A stretch of DNA of 63,894 nucleotides, filler included. It is 9 parts of 9 records of this genome, joined end to end, with 100 filler letters (N's around TTAATTAATTAA, not from the genome) between each part and the next. Parts side by side here need not be neighbours in the genome. Positions count along the whole stretch, not along the records: positions 60,723 to 63,894 come from SRR20825010_1904; 8 more parts are not named here. One strand, 5' to 3'. The stretch's first letter is position 1, and every line of letters begins with the position of its first letter. Positions 61,474 through 63,894 of the stretch are shown one piece after another. Below the pieces are notes generated by a model. The model made no database searches. It was given only the letters and a program-made list of their open reading frames with translations, and was not told the DNA's origin. The translations under genes were made by a program, and so were the position numbers.

Positions 61474-62385
61474 ATGCAAGCACAAGCCCATTACATTGGC
61501 CGTTTTGCCCCCTCGCCCACCGGGCCGCTGCACCTGGGTTCTTTGGCTGCGGCACTGGGCAGCTATCTGGATGCCAAGGTGCACCAAGGCCAATGGCTTT
61601 TGCGCATTGAAGACATTGACGAAGGGCGCTGCAACGCAACCTCGGCTGAACACATTGTGCATACATTGAAACGCCACGGCCTGCAGTGGCAAGGCGAGGT
61701 GTGGGTGCAATCGCAACGACATTCTGTGTATCAACACGCACTGGAACGCTTAAACACGCTTGATCTGACCTACCCCTGCGCCTGCACCCGAAAAGAAATT
61801 GACGAGGCCAACGCAAATCGCCCCCTTGGCGAAAACCGCATTTACCCCGGCACCTGCCGACACGGAATGCTTGTTGGGCGAAAAGCACGCGCCATTCGTT
61901 TTCATTGCCCGGCGGAACCGGTTCAATGGTGGGACCACCGCTTGGGAGGTTTCAGCGATAACTTGAACGCCAGCAGCGGCGACTTTGTATTGAAGCGGGG
62001 CGACGGTTTCTGGGCTTACCATTTGGTGGTCGTAGTTGATGATTTGGCCAGCAAAGTGACCCACATTGTGCGCGGCGAAGATTTAACCGACACCACCGCC
62101 CGGCAACTTGCCGTATGGGCAGCTTTGCAGAGCGGGCTTGATGCTGGGGCTGTTGTACAACCCCCAGCCTACTGGCACCTTCCGGTGATTCTGGCCGCAG
62201 ATGGCCAGAAACTGTCCAAACAAACCGGTGCACTGGCAGTGCCTGAGCACGACCCGGTTCTAAATTTGAACACCGTGTGGCAGCATTTTGGTCTGAACAA
62301 AATAAAAGCCACTACGGCTACGCAGTGGCTGTTATTGGCGGCCCCTGTTTGGGCCAACTATCGGGCAGCGCAGGCCGCCAGATAG
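61474..62385 (+). CDS. gluQ: tRNA glutamyl-Q(34) synthetase
   Basis: GRFAPSPTGPLHLGSL, RIEDID, CACTR...YPGTC, HIVRGEDL and KLSKQ motifs; no anticodon-binding domain. Confidence 0.93.
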   Translation: MQAQAHYIGRFAPSPTGPLHLGSLAAALGSYLDAKVHQGQWLLRIEDIDEGRCNATSAEHIVHTLKRHGLQWQGEVWVQSQRHSVYQHALERLNTLDLTYPCACTRKEIDEANANRPLGENRIYPGTCRHGMLVGRKARAIRFHCPAEPVQWWDHRLGGFSDNLNASSGDFVLKRGDGFWAYHLVVVVDDLASKVTHIVRGEDLTDTTARQLAVWAALQSGLDAGAVVQPPAYWHLPVILAADGQKLSKQTGALAVPEHDPVLNLNTVWQHFGLNKIKATTATQWLLLAAPVWANYRAAQAAR

Positions 62386-62400
62386 TTTTAGTTGCGTGGC

Positions 62401-63894
62401 TCAATTTCTAGGATTTCCGCCCAACAAAAACGCCACGGGCGCAGCATTCTTGCTCTTGGGTTTGTTATTGCCCGCAGTGGCTTGACCCGAAGCCGCAGCC
62501 TCGGCAGCAGCCTTGTCTTCTTTCGATTCCTGATACGGTTGATTGAACAGGGTATCTTTCACACGCGTTTGTGCCAACTTGGCGCGCAAGCGCTCGTATT
62601 CGGCATCCCTGTGAATTGGGGCGTTGTCGTTGAAACGCGCGCCTTGATAGGAAGTGTCTCGCGCTGGGCGACGTTCACGCGCAGGCGCGGCTTCATCGCT
62701 GGTACGGGCTGGGCGACGGTCTGAACGACCCTCGTAACTGCGACCTTCGCTGCGACCTTCACCACGGCTGTCTGAACGTGAACCGCTTCGACTATCGCCC
62801 CGGCCCTCGCGGCCACCCCGTTCTTCACGCGGCGCACGAACACCCGGCACAAAACCTTCCAGTTCTTCGCGCACAAAGGCTTTGTCCACCAGCTTTTCAA
62901 TGTCTTTCAACGCGCGTTCATCACGCTTTACCACAAACGAATAAGCTGTGCCCTTTGCGCCCGCGCGGCCTGTGCGGCCAATGCGGTGTACATAATCTTC
63001 AGGCGTGGTGGGCAAGTCGTAATTGATTACACAAGGCAAATCGGCAATGTCCAACCCGCGCGCAGCCACATCAGTGGCCACCAGCACGGTTACTTCGCCG
63101 GCCTTGAATGCCTCAAGCGACTTGGTGCGCTCCGCCTGCGTTTTATCACCGTGAATGGCTGTACTGGATACGCCCTGCTTTTCAAGGTAAACCGCCAACC
63201 GGGCTGTGCCCAGCTTCGTGTTTGAAAACACGATCACCTGGCTTAATGCCTTGCTTTGAATCAAGTGGCAAACGGCCATGCGTTTGTCTTCTTCACTATC
63301 AAGCGCAAAAATAACCTGCTTGATGTTCTCGGAAGTCGCGTTTCGGCGCGCCACTTCAATCAACGTGGGGGCCACCATAAAACTTCGGGCCAGCTTCTGG
63401 ATTTCAGGCGAAAACGTGGCCGAGAACAACAGGTTCTGGCGGGTTTTGGGCAGCAAATTAATAATTCGTTGCAGATCAGGCAAAAAGCCCATATCCAGCA
63501 TGCGGTCAGCTTCGTCAAGCACCAACACCTGCACTTGGCCCAAATTAATACTTTTTTGCTGAACGTGGTCCAGCAGGCGACCAGGCGTGGCAATCACCAG
63601 CTCTACGCCCCGGCGCAGGGCCTGAATTTGGGGATTAATGTCCACACCGCCGTACACCACGGTAGAACGTAACGGCGTGAACTTGGCGTAGGTGTGCACG
63701 TTGGCGGCGACCTGGTCAGCCAGCTCGCGGGTGGGGGTCAAAATAAGCGCGCGAACCGGGTGGCGGGCAGGCGAGGTATTTTCCGTGGCCAGCGGCATCA
63801 ACCGGTTCAAAATGGGCAGCGAAAACCCGGCAGTTTTGCCCGTGCCGGTTTGGGCTGCACCCATCACGTCCACGCCAGTCAACACAACTGGGAT
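62401..63894 (-). CDS. DEAD-box RNA helicase (RhlE-like), 5'-truncated by window edge
   Basis: [21 protein letters not shown] and HRIGRTGRAG motifs; Arg/Gly/Ser-rich tail. Confidence 0.95.
   Translation of the reverse strand: MPVVLTGVDVMGAAQTGTGKTAGFSLPILNRLMPLATENTSPARHPVRALILTPTRELADQVAANVHTYAKFTPLRSTVVYGGVDINPQIQALRRGVELVIATPGRLLDHVQQKSINLGQVQVLVLDEADRMLDMGFLPDLQRIINLLPKTRQNLLFSATFSPEIQKLARSFMVAPTLIEVARRNATSENIKQVIFALDSEEDKRMAVCHLIQSKALSQVIVFSNTKLGTARLAVYLEKQGVSSTAIHGDKTQAERTKSLEAFKAGEVTVLVATDVAARGLDIADLPCVINYDLPTTPEDYVHRIGRTGRAGAKGTAYSFVVKRDERALKDIEKLVDKAFVREELEGFVPGVRAPREERGGREGRGDSRSGSRSDSRGEGRSEGRSYEGRSDRRPARTSDEAAPARERRPARDTSYQGARFNDNAPIHRDAEYERLRAKLAQTRVKDTLFNQPYQESKEDKAAAEAAASGQATAGNNKPKSKNAAPVAFLLGGNPRN

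Noticed and set aside
1..63894. CRISPR arrays, IS/transposases, integrases, prophage, tRNA/rRNA, defence systems
   Set aside because: No spaced repeats, recombinase motifs, cloverleaf or rRNA signatures, or recognisable defence genes were seen by eye.

Overview
This window is not one locus. It is nine unrelated contigs joined by eight identical 100-nt artificial spacers (44 N + TTAATTAATTAA + 44 N): A 1-14277, B 14378-30089, C 30190-33643, D 33744-39899, E 40000-44046, F 44147-48361, G 48462-55608, H 55709-60622, I 60723-63894. A-H look alphaproteobacterial and of mixed lineage; I has lower GC and looks betaproteobacterial. These assignments are my inference from gene content and composition. 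The content is mostly housekeeping and metabolic genes: N-methylglutamate synthase subunits, purM-DUF2066-AI-2E-hda, ppk-ppx-rnd, dinB-divK, mrp, mutL, ABC transporters, cysQ-galU-galE, rpiA-gor, potFHI, mnmD, puuE-uraD-alc, gluQ and DEAD-box helicases. I saw no rRNA, tRNA, CRISPR array, transposase, integrase or recognisable defence system. The best leads are: (1) an IclR-controlled ferredoxin / Rieske oxygenase / glutamine-synthetase-like module for an unknown aromatic amine, lacking a reductase and a deglutamylase; (2) purM, which appears to start at ATA; (3) two unannotated small-RNA candidates and a long structured helicase leader; (4) a DUF1045 2H-family protein with both catalytic motifs degenerate; (5) a 63-aa orphan coupled to a beta-lactamase-fold hydrolase. 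All product calls come from motif recognition by eye; no searches were run.
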